Positions 12,171 through 25,439 of a stretch of DNA of 55,685 bases are shown here, piece after piece. The notes beneath the pieces were generated by a model. The model did not search any database. It saw only the letters and a program-made list of their open reading frames with translations, and was not told the DNA's origin. A program made the position numbers and the translations under genes. This DNA comes from Eledone cirrhosa. Taxonomy: Eukaryota. Where the stretch lies: NCBI GenBank assembly GCA_964016885.1, contig CAXHJY010000953.1, positions 1 through 55,685 of the forward strand. Reading direction: 5' to 3'. Within the stretch, counting starts at the first letter, position 1, and the number at the start of each line of letters is the position of its first letter.

Positions 12171-12409
12171 CCAAACGTAATTTTCATATTTAACTTTTGC
12201 AAATAATCATCAATGTAGCATAAAAGAAAATGACATAAATCAAAGTAGTAAAAGCTTTTACAGAATGTAAACATATGTACGAACCCGTCGACTCCAATAA
12301 TTCGAGACAATTTACGCAAATTTATTAAATACGTTTTAGCACACTAGAAATCTAGAAATGTAAAACAATTTAAATTGAAGCAAACACAAATATATAATAT
12401 ATATAATGA

Positions 12410-14580
12410 CTAACATATACTTACATATAAACGCTATAACAAACATACTTACATATACTTACATATAAATAATATGACAAACATACTTACATACACTTAC
12501 ATATACTTACATATAAACGATATAACAAACATACTTACATATACTTACATATAAATAGTATGACAAACACACTTACATATACTTACATATAAACGATATA
12601 ACAAACATACTTACATATAAATAATATGACAAACATACTTACATACACTTACATATAAACGATATAACAAACATACTTACATATACTTACATATAAATAA
12701 TATGACAAACATACTTACATACACTTACATATACTTACATATAAACGATATAACAAACATACTTACATATACTTACATATAAATAGTATGACAAACACAC
12801 TTACATATACTTACATATAAACGATATAACAAACATACTTACAAATAAATAATATGACAAACATACTTACATACACTTACATATAAACGATATAACAAAC
12901 ATACTTACATATACTTACATATAAATAATATGACAAACATACTTACATACACTTACATATACTTACATATAAACGATATAACAAACATACTTACATATAA
13001 ATAATATGACAAACATACTTACATACACTTACATATAAACGATATAACAAACATACTTACATATACTTACATATAAATAATATGACAAACATACTTACAT
13101 ACACTTACATATACTTACATATAAACGATATAACAAACATACTTACATATACTTACATATAAATAGTATGACAAACACACTTACATATACTTACATATAA
13201 ACGATATAACAAACATACTTACATATACTTACATATAAATAGTATGACAAACACACTTACATATACTTACATATAAACGATATAACAAACATACTTACAT
13301 ATAAATAATATGACAAACATACTTACATACACTTACATATACTTACATATAAACGATATAACAAACATACTTACATATAAATAATATGACAAACATACTT
13401 ACATACACTTACATATACTTACATATAAACGATATAACAAACATACTTACATATAAATAATATGACAAACATACTTACATACACTTACATATAAACGATA
13501 TAACAAACATACTTACATATACTTACATATAAATAATATGACAAACATACTTACATACACTTACATATACTTACATATAAACGATATAACAAACATACTT
13601 ACATATACTTACATATAAATAGTATGACAAACACACTTTCATATACTTACATATAAACGATATAACAAACATACTTACATATACTTACATATAAATAGTA
13701 TGACAAACACACTTACATATACTTACATATAAACGATATAACAAACATACTTACATATAAATAATATGACAAACATACTTACATACACTTACATATAAAC
13801 GATATAACAAACATACTTACATATACTTACATATAAATAATATGACAAACATACTTACATACACTTACATATACTTACATATAAACGATATAACAAACAT
13901 ACTTACATATACTTATATATAAATAATATGACAAACATACTTACATACACTTACATATACTTACATATAAACGATATAACAAACATACTTACATATACTT
14001 ATATATAAATAATATGACAAACATACTTACATACACTTACATATACTTACATATAAACGATATAACAAACATACTTACATATACTTACATATAAATAATA
14101 TGACAAACATACTTACATACACTTACATATACTTACATATAAACGATATAACAAACATACTTACATATACTTACATATAAATAGTATGACAAACACACTT
14201 ACATATACTTACATATAAACGATATAACAAACATACTTACATATACTTACATATAAATAGTATGACAAACACACTTACATATACTTACATATAAACGATA
14301 TAACAAACATACTTACATATAAATAATATGACAAACATACTTACATACACTTACATATACTTACATATAAACGATATAACAAACATACTTACATATACTT
14401 ATATATAAATAATATGACAAACATACTTACATACACTTACATATACTTACATATAAACGATATAACAAACATACTTACATATACTTACATAAAAACAATA
14501 TGGCAATAACATACTTACATGTACTTAACATATAAATAATATGACAAACATACACTTACATATACTTACATATAAACAAT
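12410..14580. repeat. Higher-order minisatellite built from the 10-mer ACTTACATA(T/C)
   Basis: Alternating spacers aaacgatataacaaacat and aaata(a/g)tatgacaaaca(t/c), each followed by 1-3 ten-mers. Confidence 0.97.
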
Positions 14581-14644
14581 ATAATTACAAACACATACAT
14601 ATAAAAAAATGTCAAGCACATACATACATACATATAAATATAAT

Positions 14645-14832
14645 TGTTTCTACTTTTGGCACAAGGCTAGCAATTACCCAGTGTATTACTGGTACTTTAT
14701 TTTATCGACCCTGTAAGGATGAAAGGCAAAGTTAACCTTGGCGGGATTTGAACTCAGAATGGCAAGGGCCGTAACTCTATGCGTCAAAGCATGGAGTCCC
14801 ACTCTCTACCGATACTGTCAATCCATCGCCCT
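14645..14832 (-). mobile_element. tRNA-derived SINE (family 1) with 20-bp TSD tacatacatataaatataat
   Basis: Full SINE body. TSD at 14625-14644 and 14833-14852. Confidence 0.85.
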
Positions 14833-14874
14833 TACATACATATAAATATAATGTCAAGCACATACATGCATTTA

Positions 14875-15530
14875 AACTTTATAATGACAAACACATATAT
14901 ACGTATAAACTATATAAGCACAGACATACATATATATATATACATATAATGACAACACATACACATATATACGTATAAACTATATGACAAACACATACAT
15001 ACACATATATAATGATAAGCCCATACATATATATATACACTATATAATGACAACACATACATCCACATACATACATATAAACTCTATTATAACACATACA
15101 TACATATATACTATATAAAGACACACATATATCCACATACATATATACTCTATAATGACAACACATACATCCACATACATATAAACTCTATAATGACAAC
15201 ACACATCCAATACATATAAACTCTATAATGACAAACACATACACCTACATACATATAAACTCTATAATGACAAACACATACACCCACATACATACATATA
15301 AACTATATAATGACAAACACATACACCCACATACATACATATAAACTCTATAATGACAAACACATACACCTACATACATATAAACTCTATAATGACAAAC
15401 ACATACACCCACATACATACATATAAACTATATAATGACAAACACATACACCCACATACATACATATAAACTCTATAATGACAAACACATACACCCACAT
15501 ACATATAAACTATATAATGACAAACACATG
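14875..15530. repeat. Degenerate ~39-43-bp minisatellite (aaactctataatgacaaacacatacacccacatacatat)
   Basis: Directly visible. Shares the atgacaaaca core with the 12.4-14.6 kb array. Confidence 0.9.
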
Positions 15531-16499
15531 AGTTCTTCCCAGATTTCTGAATATTTCTTTAATATGTTCTTTTATATGACAGTTTATAGCAAAGCCTATA
15601 ATAATGAAATATTATGAAACTTGCTAACAAATTATTGTAACATCTAAAGTATATTTACGTTAATTTTAATATACATACTTATAATATGTTCCAATTGTAG
15701 GCTAAATATATTTCATTGTGCCATTAAAAACTGTAGATATTCGAATTTGATTTATTAGGATAATTGCGTACGTGGAACCCCCTGCATGGACACACTGGAA
15801 GTGGAAGACTAAGGACATACACTTGCAGGACATGGCAGCGATAATGAGGTAAGAGAGACCGCTGGAGAGAACTCGTGCATCGATCTCGGGAATTTTACCC
15901 GCCCTAGATAGATATAACAGCATAAAATTGGGGGGGGGGGGGTAGACCACAGTCGTATCCGACGAGGAGTGTTCCAGCTGTTTCACCAACGCATCAGCCG
16001 ACACGTGATATCAACTCACAATTAGCTATATGCTTCCTTTACTGTAATGTCTATACAGCTATCAGTAGAGTGTGTTTTCTTAACAGCTTAACTTCAATGA
16101 CTGTGCTTGTAAATAACATTAACTTTTCTTCCACATTGAATTTTTACGTTCCACATTATGCACGTTTTTTTTTCCTTTTTCTTTTCACTTCTTAAAACTT
16201 GTTTGTAAATAACATTATTCTTTCTGCACCTTCTGTTTAACATGTGCGACACCACACTAATACATTTCACTATCATTTGATAATGCATATAAATGCAGAA
16301 ACCGGTAATAGACAATAATTAAATATATAAATAGATAAATAAATGCCATTGTTAAATAATAAATAAATCAACTAATACCTTAACACTTCACACAAATTAA
16401 AACTTTCGTTTTAATCATTTTCTAACCCAGAAAAAAGAGAGACAAAAAAAAAGGAAAAAAAAATATTTTTCTTCCTCATAATCGTCTCTTTCTCCCTGT

Positions 16500-16534
<35 letters not shown>

Positions 16535-16536
<2 letters not shown>

Positions 16537-16652
16537 AAAAAGTATGACCCCGACGGAAGAGCTCAAGCCGTTTCCTATTACCCAGTCTACTACCCTAAGT
16601 ATTGAGTACTCTGGTGCGTTATGGTCCATCTGGTTCCTTACCACATCTCCGT
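16535..16652. repeat. Dispersed short repeat family (also ~27050-27175 and ~51357-51455)
   Basis: Shared ttcctattaccca.tctactac.c.aagtattgagtact.t.gtgcgttatggtcca.ctggttcc.taccaca, always beside (TA)n. Confidence 0.8.
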
Positions 16653-16780
16653 TATATATATATATATGTATTAAAATAACAGATTAAAGTTTAAGCAAAA
16701 ATTCTTTGCTTAAACTTTAATCTGTTATTTTAATAAATATTTGCTCTACGGTTCTTATATATTTGATATATATTTATTAT

Positions 16781-16811
<31 letters not shown>

Positions 16812-17614
16812 ACGAATATATATATATATATGTATATATTTATATATATACATATATATATATATATGTATATATATATATTTATATATATATATTTATA
16901 TATATATATTTATATATATATATTTATATATATATATTTATATATATATATATATTTATATATTTATATATATATATTTATATATATATATATATATAAC
17001 GAATATATATATATATATTAAAATTCCTGCAAGTGTACCGATATGAAAATATCAATTTAAATATCAAATAACTATGGAGGAAAATGCATCTTCCTCCTTT
17101 GTGCCTATATAATCGATAGTTTTGTTTATCCTTATATAGATCTGTAGTAGTGTCAAGGATATTCTCTGTCACATATATTTACCTGTGATCCATGTGGGAG
17201 GTAAAAACAGTTAGGAATTGTTTCAATGTTTCACTTAATCTTCTGCAGTCTGCAGTTAATGGTCTGTTATAGAGTGAAGCTGAACTTTTTTAAAATATAT
17301 AAATGTTATATTTCATTATAAATTGTGTGTGGACCTTGTTTACCTTTCTTCTCTTTCCCCTTCATGGGATTGCCTTAGTTTATTTTCAATTTCTGATAAA
17401 ACGTTCCACCATTGCTGGGTGCTCCATAAGAAGTGTATTAGAAACCAGAGGTCCAGGTCATCTTTATTATCGAAGATATATTTTATAAAGAATTGTTGAA
17501 TCAACGTTCATTAAGTTATAATAGAAATCGATGGAACTCCGTCTTTTTCGACGGTGAGTTTTCCAGTTGTTCAATCAACGTATAAGTGACTGAGCATTCC
17601 ATAGTTGCGTGTAC

Positions 17615-18458
17615 GATATGGACCCGTAACTCCTGAGGAGTCGTAGGGGAACAGTATTGTCATACGGCGTTTCTAGGGTATTTTTTAAAACCTGATGGAG
17701 CCCATCTCCTCTCCAGGCCTGAAAACAGCAGATTTCTTCCAGAGAAAGAGTGAGAGAAAGGAAATGACAATGAGATATAGAGGAACAATCGAACTCAGTG
17801 CTTGACTGGTACTTTTTTTATTGACCAAAAATTAATGAAAGGCAAAGTTGACCGCGGTGCGATTTGAACTCAGAGAGCAGAGAGCTGAAATGAATGCTAC
17901 AATGCGTTCTATCTGACGTTCTAACTGTTCTGCCAATTTGCCACCTTGCATTTAACTTCATTTTAGAGGAAGTACAGCGTATTACATTGAGTGAAAAGAC
18001 ACAATTAATTGTGGGAACATTCCATTCGAAGAGCTTGTAAAGAGATTCTCTCAACTCAGTTTCATTCAGAAGGCATGGGCCAATCCGGATTTAGTGTAGG
18101 TTACATTAGTTCGGTGAATTGGCAGAATCGTTAAAACGTCAGATAGCATCATTTATGATATTTGTTCCGGCTCTCTCCTCGCTGAGTTCAAATCGTGCCG
18201 AGATCAATTTTGCCCTTCATGATTTCGAGGTCGATAAATAAAGTACCAGTCTAGTACTGAGATCAATTCTTCATCTATATATCTTTCTCACTTCGTTTTT
18301 TTTTTTGGTCCTCTCTCTCTCACTTTCTATCTTTCTCTGGAAGAAATCTGCTGTAGTCAGGCCTGGGGAGGGATGGGAGCCACCCGGCTAAATATACCCG
18401 AGATAAACTGTATATAAATATGGCGCCACTACGAATCTATCAGGAGTTACGGGACCAT
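17615..18458. repeat. Old diverged inverted repeat containing two family-1 SINEs (17790-17945 -, 18113-18265 +)
   Basis: Matching pairs cccgtaactcctga/tcaggagttacggg, caggcctga..acagcagatttcttccagagaaaga and its complement, plus the SINE bodies in opposite orientation. Confidence 0.75.
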
Positions 18459-18540
18459 ACATACATACATACATACATACATACATACATACATACATAC
18501 ATACATACATACATACATACATACATACATACATACATAC

Positions 18541-19150
18541 ATGTTGGCTGCCAACTCGTTTTCGAGTACTGCCACTACTTAATATCCATGTAGGAGGACC
18601 CCTACCGATGCGCTGAACGAGTGTGACTTTTTAGTCCAGCCATGGACTTGAAATCTCTTGTACAAACATCACACTTGTGACAATTATTGACACATAGTGC
18701 TGGGCCCATGGTACCATGTGACGACAAGTGTAGAGAGATCTCCAGATATAAAGCAATGCCTGTGCCGTGAAGCTTTTATAGTGAGAAAAGGCACTGCACA
18801 AAGCCAGTCCCACCCTCTTAACCAAGATGATATTTACCAAAAAGAAGAACAAGTCAACATCATTGGATACCATCAGAGTTGCAGGTGTTATATCAGAGTT
18901 TTCCTTCTCCTAGAATTCTGCCTTGACAAAGGCTAAGGGGTCATCTCTCCCGGTGATTTTGGATGGCTATTGACTCTTAAGAGCTCCTTTGCCCTTTGAC
19001 CGGTCTTGTTTTTAGTCCTGCAGGATGTCCAAAGTCACCCTCCTCACCAAGAAACCTTGGTGGGGTTGCCAGTTTAGTCGCCAACGACCCGACCATTAGA
19101 CAGGTTGTACTGGGATACATGTTACCAGTAGCACCAACTGGTGACCTGAC
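18541..19150 (-). mobile_element. Non-autonomous RTE-derived element B (~610 bp) with (ATGT)n tail
   Basis: 5' part has RTE-5'UTR-like motifs (actaaactggcaacccc, ggagaaggaaaactctga). 3' part encodes a zinc-finger remnant CHKCDVCTRDFKSMAGLKSHTRSAHR* and ends in the CTCG-AAAA-CGAG..GGCAGCCA terminus shared with the RTE. Confidence 0.7.
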
Positions 19151-19509
19151 ATACATACATACATACATACATACATACATACATACATACATACATACAT
19201 ACATACATACATACATACATACATACATAATGGCTGCCCCCCTCGTTTTCGAGTATGGCCATTGCACGAGGAGAGGAAAAAAAAAATTAATAAATAACTA
19301 AAAAATAAAATAAAATAAAAATAAAATATATATATATATATATATACATACACACACACACACACACATAAATTAATAACAATAATAATAATAATAATAA
19401 TAATAACAACAACAATAATAACGACAACAACAATAATGATATACATATACATATATATATAGACATACACGCAGCATATCTATACACACGCACACACACA
19501 CGATAGCAA

Positions 19510-21693
19510 CTAACAGCGCTGCGAGCGAATGTGGCTTTTTAGCCCAGCCAATGATCTAAAATGTCTTGCACAGAGTCGGCAACCAAAACATTCACTGGGA
19601 ATAGTCGGCTGTGGTTGGAGTTCGTGTACTTTTGCATGTCGTTTGGGCCTTCCTGCTGATTTACATTCTCTACCACATGTTTGGCAAGCATGATGAGTAG
19701 CATCTCCAACAGCAGCCTGGTAGTCAACCACTGGTCTTACTTTATGACTGCGAAGATGACTTTCGAGTCCAGCTTTGCTTAGGCAGAGTCTCGCACAGAC
19801 GCTGCATGTCAGCACCATAGCAGGACCCTCGCCGTCTGGAAGTGCAACAGCAATGCCCTTCCTCACATCCCGCTTTACTTTCTCGTATGCGATTCGAGAT
19901 GCCTGAAAGGCAACTTTTCCCTCATATACTGTCTTTCTCCATTTATTACGATCAGCAGCAACATTCTCCCATGTATCAGCAGAGATGTTAGCGTCTTTCA
20001 GAGAGGCTTTCAAGGAATCCTTATACCTCTTTTTTGGTTTATGTGGCGGTCGTTTTCTTTTAACCAACTCTCCATAAAAAAGTTGTTTTGGTATTCTAGA
20101 ATCCTTCATCCTGGCAAGGTGTCCACTCCAACGGAGTCGTTGCTTAAGCACAAGAGCTTCTATACTGTCACATATAGAGCTTTCCAAAATCTCGACATCA
20201 CTGATGTGGTCCCTGCAATGAACGCCATGGATCCGTCTGAGACACATCTGATGGAAACGCTCCAATTGCTTAAGGTGGTGTCGATATGTGACCCAGGTCT
20301 CGCAGGCATAAAGAAGACATGAGAGCACACATGCCCTGTACACCTTTACCTTTGTCCTCCTGCATATGTCTCGCCGACCCCAGAGTCGCCTTTCTAGCTT
20401 TCCGAAAGCATCACTTGCTTTCCTAATCCTAAGTGAGATTTCACTGTCAAGGTTGCTGTATCGATTGACAGCGCTTCCCAGGTAGACAAACTGATCAACC
20501 ACTCCAAGTCGTTTGCCATACACATAGATGTTTGGTTCAGTGTACTGCTTATCAGGGTCAGGTCGGTACATGACGACGGTTTTCTTGAGACTGACAGTCA
20601 ATCCTAGGGCAGCGCAAGCGTCAGAAAATGCATTCAAAATGTGCTGCATATCACTCTCTGTGTGCGCTACAAGATCGCAATAATCTGCATACAAGAGGTC
20701 TCTTATGATTGATGTAAATACTATTGTCTTCGCAGCAAAGCGCCTGATGTTAAATACGCCGCCTGAGGTTCGATATCGGATGTAAACACCATGCTCGCAA
20801 TTCCTGAATGCAATACAGAAAACCATTGCAAAGTATATGGCAAACAGGGTCGGTGCTGGAATATCCCCCTGTTTCACTCCATTTTTTACTGAGATAGGCC
20901 CCGACATGTTACCTCCGACATTAACCCAAGCCTTCATGTCGCCATGGAAAGACCTAACTAAAGCAAGGAACTTATCATGGCAACCAAGTTTCTGGAGAAC
21001 CTTCCATAATGCATCTCTGTTAACAGTATCGAAAGCTTTTGTCAGATCGACAAAAACCTGATACAGATCCAAGCCTTGTTCCATGCACTTCTCCTGGAGC
21101 TGTCTAGGTGAGAAGATCATATCAGTAGTGCCGCGTCCAGCACGAAAACCAGATTGACTTTCAGGAAGAACACAATCTGCAATGTGTGTCAGCAGACGGT
21201 CCAGAAGCACCCTACATAAAACTTTCCCTACGACAGAAAGCAATGATATACCTCTGTAGTTCCCACAATCATTCCTGTTACCCTTTCCCTTGTACAAGAC
21301 CACCATTACTGCATCTCTCCAGTCCTCATGTACGGATTCATTAGCCCATATCCGGCCAAACAAAGAGTGAAGATGCTGCAGGAATCTCTCACCACCATAT
21401 TGTAGGAGCTCAGCATGTATGCCATCCATAGCTGGAGATCTTCCACTGTTCAGCTTCGAAATAGCCACTGCAACCTCCACAATCGTCGGAGGTTCTGCGA
21501 GAGCTACTTTCACAGGACTTTCTGGAATGAGATTGAGGAAATCTTCACTGACGACAGACGGCTGATTCAAAAGATCATCAAAGTGCTCTCGCCACCTTCG
21601 TAGAATTCCTTGTGAGTCACGAAGAAGTTCTTTGCCATCCTTGTTGCGAAGCGGTGTCACCAAAGAAGAAGACGGTCCATAAACCTCACGCAA
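19510..21693 (-). pseudogene. RTE reverse transcriptase and three C-terminal C2H2-type fingers
   Basis: Motifs NYRGISLLS, PESQSGFR, FVDLTKAFD, GVKQGD, YADY (catalytic YADD mutated), RLRWSGH, then CxxC..H fingers x3. Disrupted link to the APE segment. Confidence 0.93.
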
Positions 21694-21945
21694 GAGACTA
21701 TATAATAGCTTTGTGTTATTGGAATCTGACGCAGTTTGTATCTCACCAGCCTTCTCACTTCACCAATGATTCTTCATCTGAGAAAGACTCTGCCTAACAC
21801 GTGATTTTACATCCCTGAGTTCCTCATGCAACGTATTCCTCTCCTATGGTTTTGCCGTCAAGTAGCGCGACAGAGCACGCCTCTTATCAGCCAACACGTC
21901 TTCTATATGTACATCATTCTCATTAAACCAGTCCTGATGTTTTCT

Positions 21946-22881
21946 CTACACCAATCCCAGAACAGGCCTGCCTACATCATAAACCGACTTTTTAAGGGTC
22001 GGCCAATCGTCACCAAGATCTGCAGCCTGCATCTCTTCTTCCAATGTCCTCTTCACATTTTTATCCTTAAGACGAGTAGCATTCAATCTTTTGGGCAGGG
22101 CAACACCAGGAGCCCGGATTTTACGTTTAGTGATTAGTTTCACTTTTGCGCGTACCAGGCGGTGGTCCGTCCAGCACTCAGCTCCACGAAGAACACGAAC
22201 ACACTGCACATCCTTCCTGTCACGCATCCTGACTAAGACGTAGTCCAAAAGATGCCATTCCTTAGATGCAGGATGCATCCATGTGGTCTTGAATTTGTTC
22301 TTTTGTTGGAACATGGTGTTGGTAACACACAGATCCAGCTCCTCACACATCTGCAGTAGGAGCATACCATTGTTGTTACACTTTCCCACCCCATGCCTTC
22401 CGATTACATTCCATGTGTTAAAATCCCTACCCACTCTAGCATTAAAGTCACCAAGCACGATGACTTTGTCTGCCTGAGGGATATTTCTTAAAACACCTTT
22501 CAAGGCATGGTAAAAGGACATTTTTTCTTCATCGACAGAATTCATAGTTGGAGCATACACACTCACCAGGGTAGCATATCTTCCCTTGTCCAGCGGAACT
22601 CTCATGGACATAAGACGCTCACTAATCCCTACTGGGAATTCTTCTAATTTATTCACAAGTACAGTCTTAACAGCAAATCCTACCCCAGCCTCTCTTCTGG
22701 TTCCTTCAGCTCTTCCTTTCCAGAAGAATGTATATTCTCCACAAAATTCCGTAAGATGACCATCTCCAGCTAACCTCGTCTCAGATAAAGCCACGATGTC
22801 AAAATCGTAACGTCGAAGCTCCTTTGCAACAAGAGCGGTCCTTCGTGCAGGACGCTCAAAGGAATCCCTGTCAAGCAGGGA
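21946..22881 (-). pseudogene. RTE apurinic-like endonuclease domain
   Basis: IVALSETR, GVGF, VYAPT, LGDFNARVG, LDYVL, TDHRLV. The ORF-track N-terminus (MIPLHG..CMYV) is flank and microsatellite. Confidence 0.93.
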
Positions 22882-23345
22882 TACATACATACATACATAC
22901 ATACATACGTCTAAGGTGCCGTGCAATGGTATCAAACCCGGTACTTAATGATTGCGAAGCAAATACTGAAACATTTGTTCATTCTGAGTCCATAGTATAC
23001 AGGTATACAGGTAAATATCTTAAGTGTATAAAGAAAATACACTTTTAAAATTTATCTTTAGAGAAAAAGCATAAAATAAAAAGATGGCTAAAATATCAGA
23101 AATAAAATGATATCCGACATATTCAGGTAAATTTATTTGTATATGGAATATATATCCTCTGGATAGATGCAGAAAATTAAAGTAAATATATGTTTTTTGC
23201 AGCAAAGTATCTCAGCAGAGAATTCAATAAACTTAAGTTGATTTCATATTTAAAGGAATAATATCAAAAAGTACGACGGCTATGACAAAAACAAATAAAA
23301 CAATAAATAAAAGGATTATATGTATATACAATAATACACACATTC

Positions 23346-23395
<50 letters not shown>

Positions 23396-23558
23396 ACACA
23401 CACACATTCATATATATATATACACACACACACATTCATTCATATATATATATATATATACATACACACACATTCTTATACACACACACACATTCATATA
23501 TATATATATACACACATTCATATACACACACACATTCATATATATATATATACACACA

Positions 23559-23597
<39 letters not shown>

Positions 23598-23762
23598 TCA
23601 TATATGCACACATATACACACATATCCATTTATACACACATATACACTTCCAAGTATATATATATACACACATATACACATCCAAATATATATATATATA
23701 TATCTGTGTATATATATATATATACTTGGATGTGTATATGTGTGTATATATGGATGTGTGTG

Positions 23763-23810
<48 letters not shown>

Positions 23811-24269
23811 TATAGATATATATATACATTGATACATATATATATACACACACATTCACATATATATATACACACACATTCATATATATCTACACATACA
23901 CACAAATATATACACACACACACCCATACACATATTGTATATATATATATATATGGCATTTCTGAGAAGAATCTGATGTAATTATATGTTGGTAAATATG
24001 ATTGTTTACTTCATATATAAGATTTTGTATGTACGGTTGTTGGTTGATGTTAATCAACTGCACACGATTCCTTTGAGAATGACAAACAAGTCATTTATCT
24101 ATACATATTTATATATATGTATATAGATATATTCATATCAGTACAAAAAGTAGAGGTTTTATAGGCAAGGCTGCGAGAAATGTGTATGTAATCAAACAAC
24201 GTTTTATATATTTAAGCATAAATACATATTTTATTTACGTATTTCTCTGCATGGAGAAAAAAGATTTTT

Positions 24270-24322
24270 AAAAAACTCGTCTCGGGTTTCGTTCATTACT
24301 CAGAACTTCATCAGAAAGTATC
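24270..24322 (-). ncRNA. Degenerate hammerhead-like motif
   Basis: CTGATGA-A-GTTC-tgagtaat-GAAC-GAAA-CCCG-aga-CGAG-TT. Core and helix II are good, but helix I is not convincingly formed. Confidence 0.4.
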
Positions 24323-24502
24323 TACATTCTTTACAATCCATGAGAAACTATTCAACCAACGGCTATATATATCCATCTGATATGGCAGAACTAGGAATCT
24401 GGGCCTACTAATTTGTATTATAGAAATTCAATTAGATATTAGAATGTGCAGTAATTCGATAAACCCGTCTAAATAAACATGGATGTAGACTCGAACACGC
24501 GC

Positions 24503-24537
<35 letters not shown>

Positions 24538-24889
24538 TGTATGTATGTATGTATGTATGTATGCGTACGTACATGCAGTCGTGCGTGTGTATATGCGAAG
24601 AAGACCGTTATTGTTGCAACCACTATTCACCATCGATGCCTACTCTAAATATACATATAGTACATACATAACCAAAGAAACCAATCACCGAGTGCCCTAT
24701 GTGTAGACAATGCCAGCAATAAAGAAACCATCATGGATAAGACACTTCGATTCCAAACTCTCAAAAGTTGCCTTTATAAAAACAGCCAATCAGGATCTAA
24801 GACATTCCCCATAATCCCTACCGCAGATATGATCCATATATCACAACCCCTAACTCGCCATATATGTTATATGTGTGTGTGTTTGTGTG

Positions 24890-25125
24890 AAAACGCGTGG
24901 CTAGAGAATTGGAATCGCAATCGTGAGGTTGTAAGTCCGATTACCGGAGCGGGCGATGCGTTATGTCCTCGTGCAAAATATTTTATTTCACGTTGCTCCT
25001 TCTACTTGGATTTGCGACCGATAGATAGTATTAGCAATTGGAAAGACCAATGGAAACATTGTTTCGTTGGTCCGATTTGACAAGCTCCACCACACTCGTT
25101 AAGCGAATGAGGTCTGGGATCTTGT
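24890..25125 (+). mobile_element. Degenerate SINE (family 2)
   Basis: tRNA-like head (gcgtggctagag...gtaagtccgattacc) followed by gttatgtcctcgtgcaaaatattttatttcacgttgctcc. Related to 7710-8030. Confidence 0.5.
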
Positions 25126-25127
25126 CG

Positions 25128-25172
<45 letters not shown>

Positions 25173-25211
25173 GATATTAACAAATGGAAACTATATTTAT
25201 AAAACCATATT

Positions 25212-25276
25212 TATTTCATTATACATATTTCAAGGATACCAAGTTAAATTATGGTATGCCTTCATCAGACAAAATA
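25212..25276 (-). ncRNA. Type I hammerhead (family E)
   Basis: TATTTTGT-CTGATGA-AGG-c-ATACCA-loop-TGGTAT-CCT-T-GAAA-TATGTA-TA-ATGAAATA. Lies in a repeat also present at ~26345-26415 (truncated) and ~49935-50070. Confidence 0.7.
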
Positions 25277-25350
25277 CAATATATACCAGTTTTATAAATA
25301 AACATTGACGTACCCTTTCAAAATGCAACCATTACTTTTGGAAGACATCA

Positions 25351-25439
<89 letters not shown>

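Larger units (their letters stand above)
19228..22881 (-). mobile_element. RTE-clade LINE, nearly full length, inactivated
   Basis: APE endonuclease + RT + zinc fingers, a microsatellite-containing 3'UTR and an (ATGT)n tail. The 5' end abuts (ATGT)n. Confidence 0.95.
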
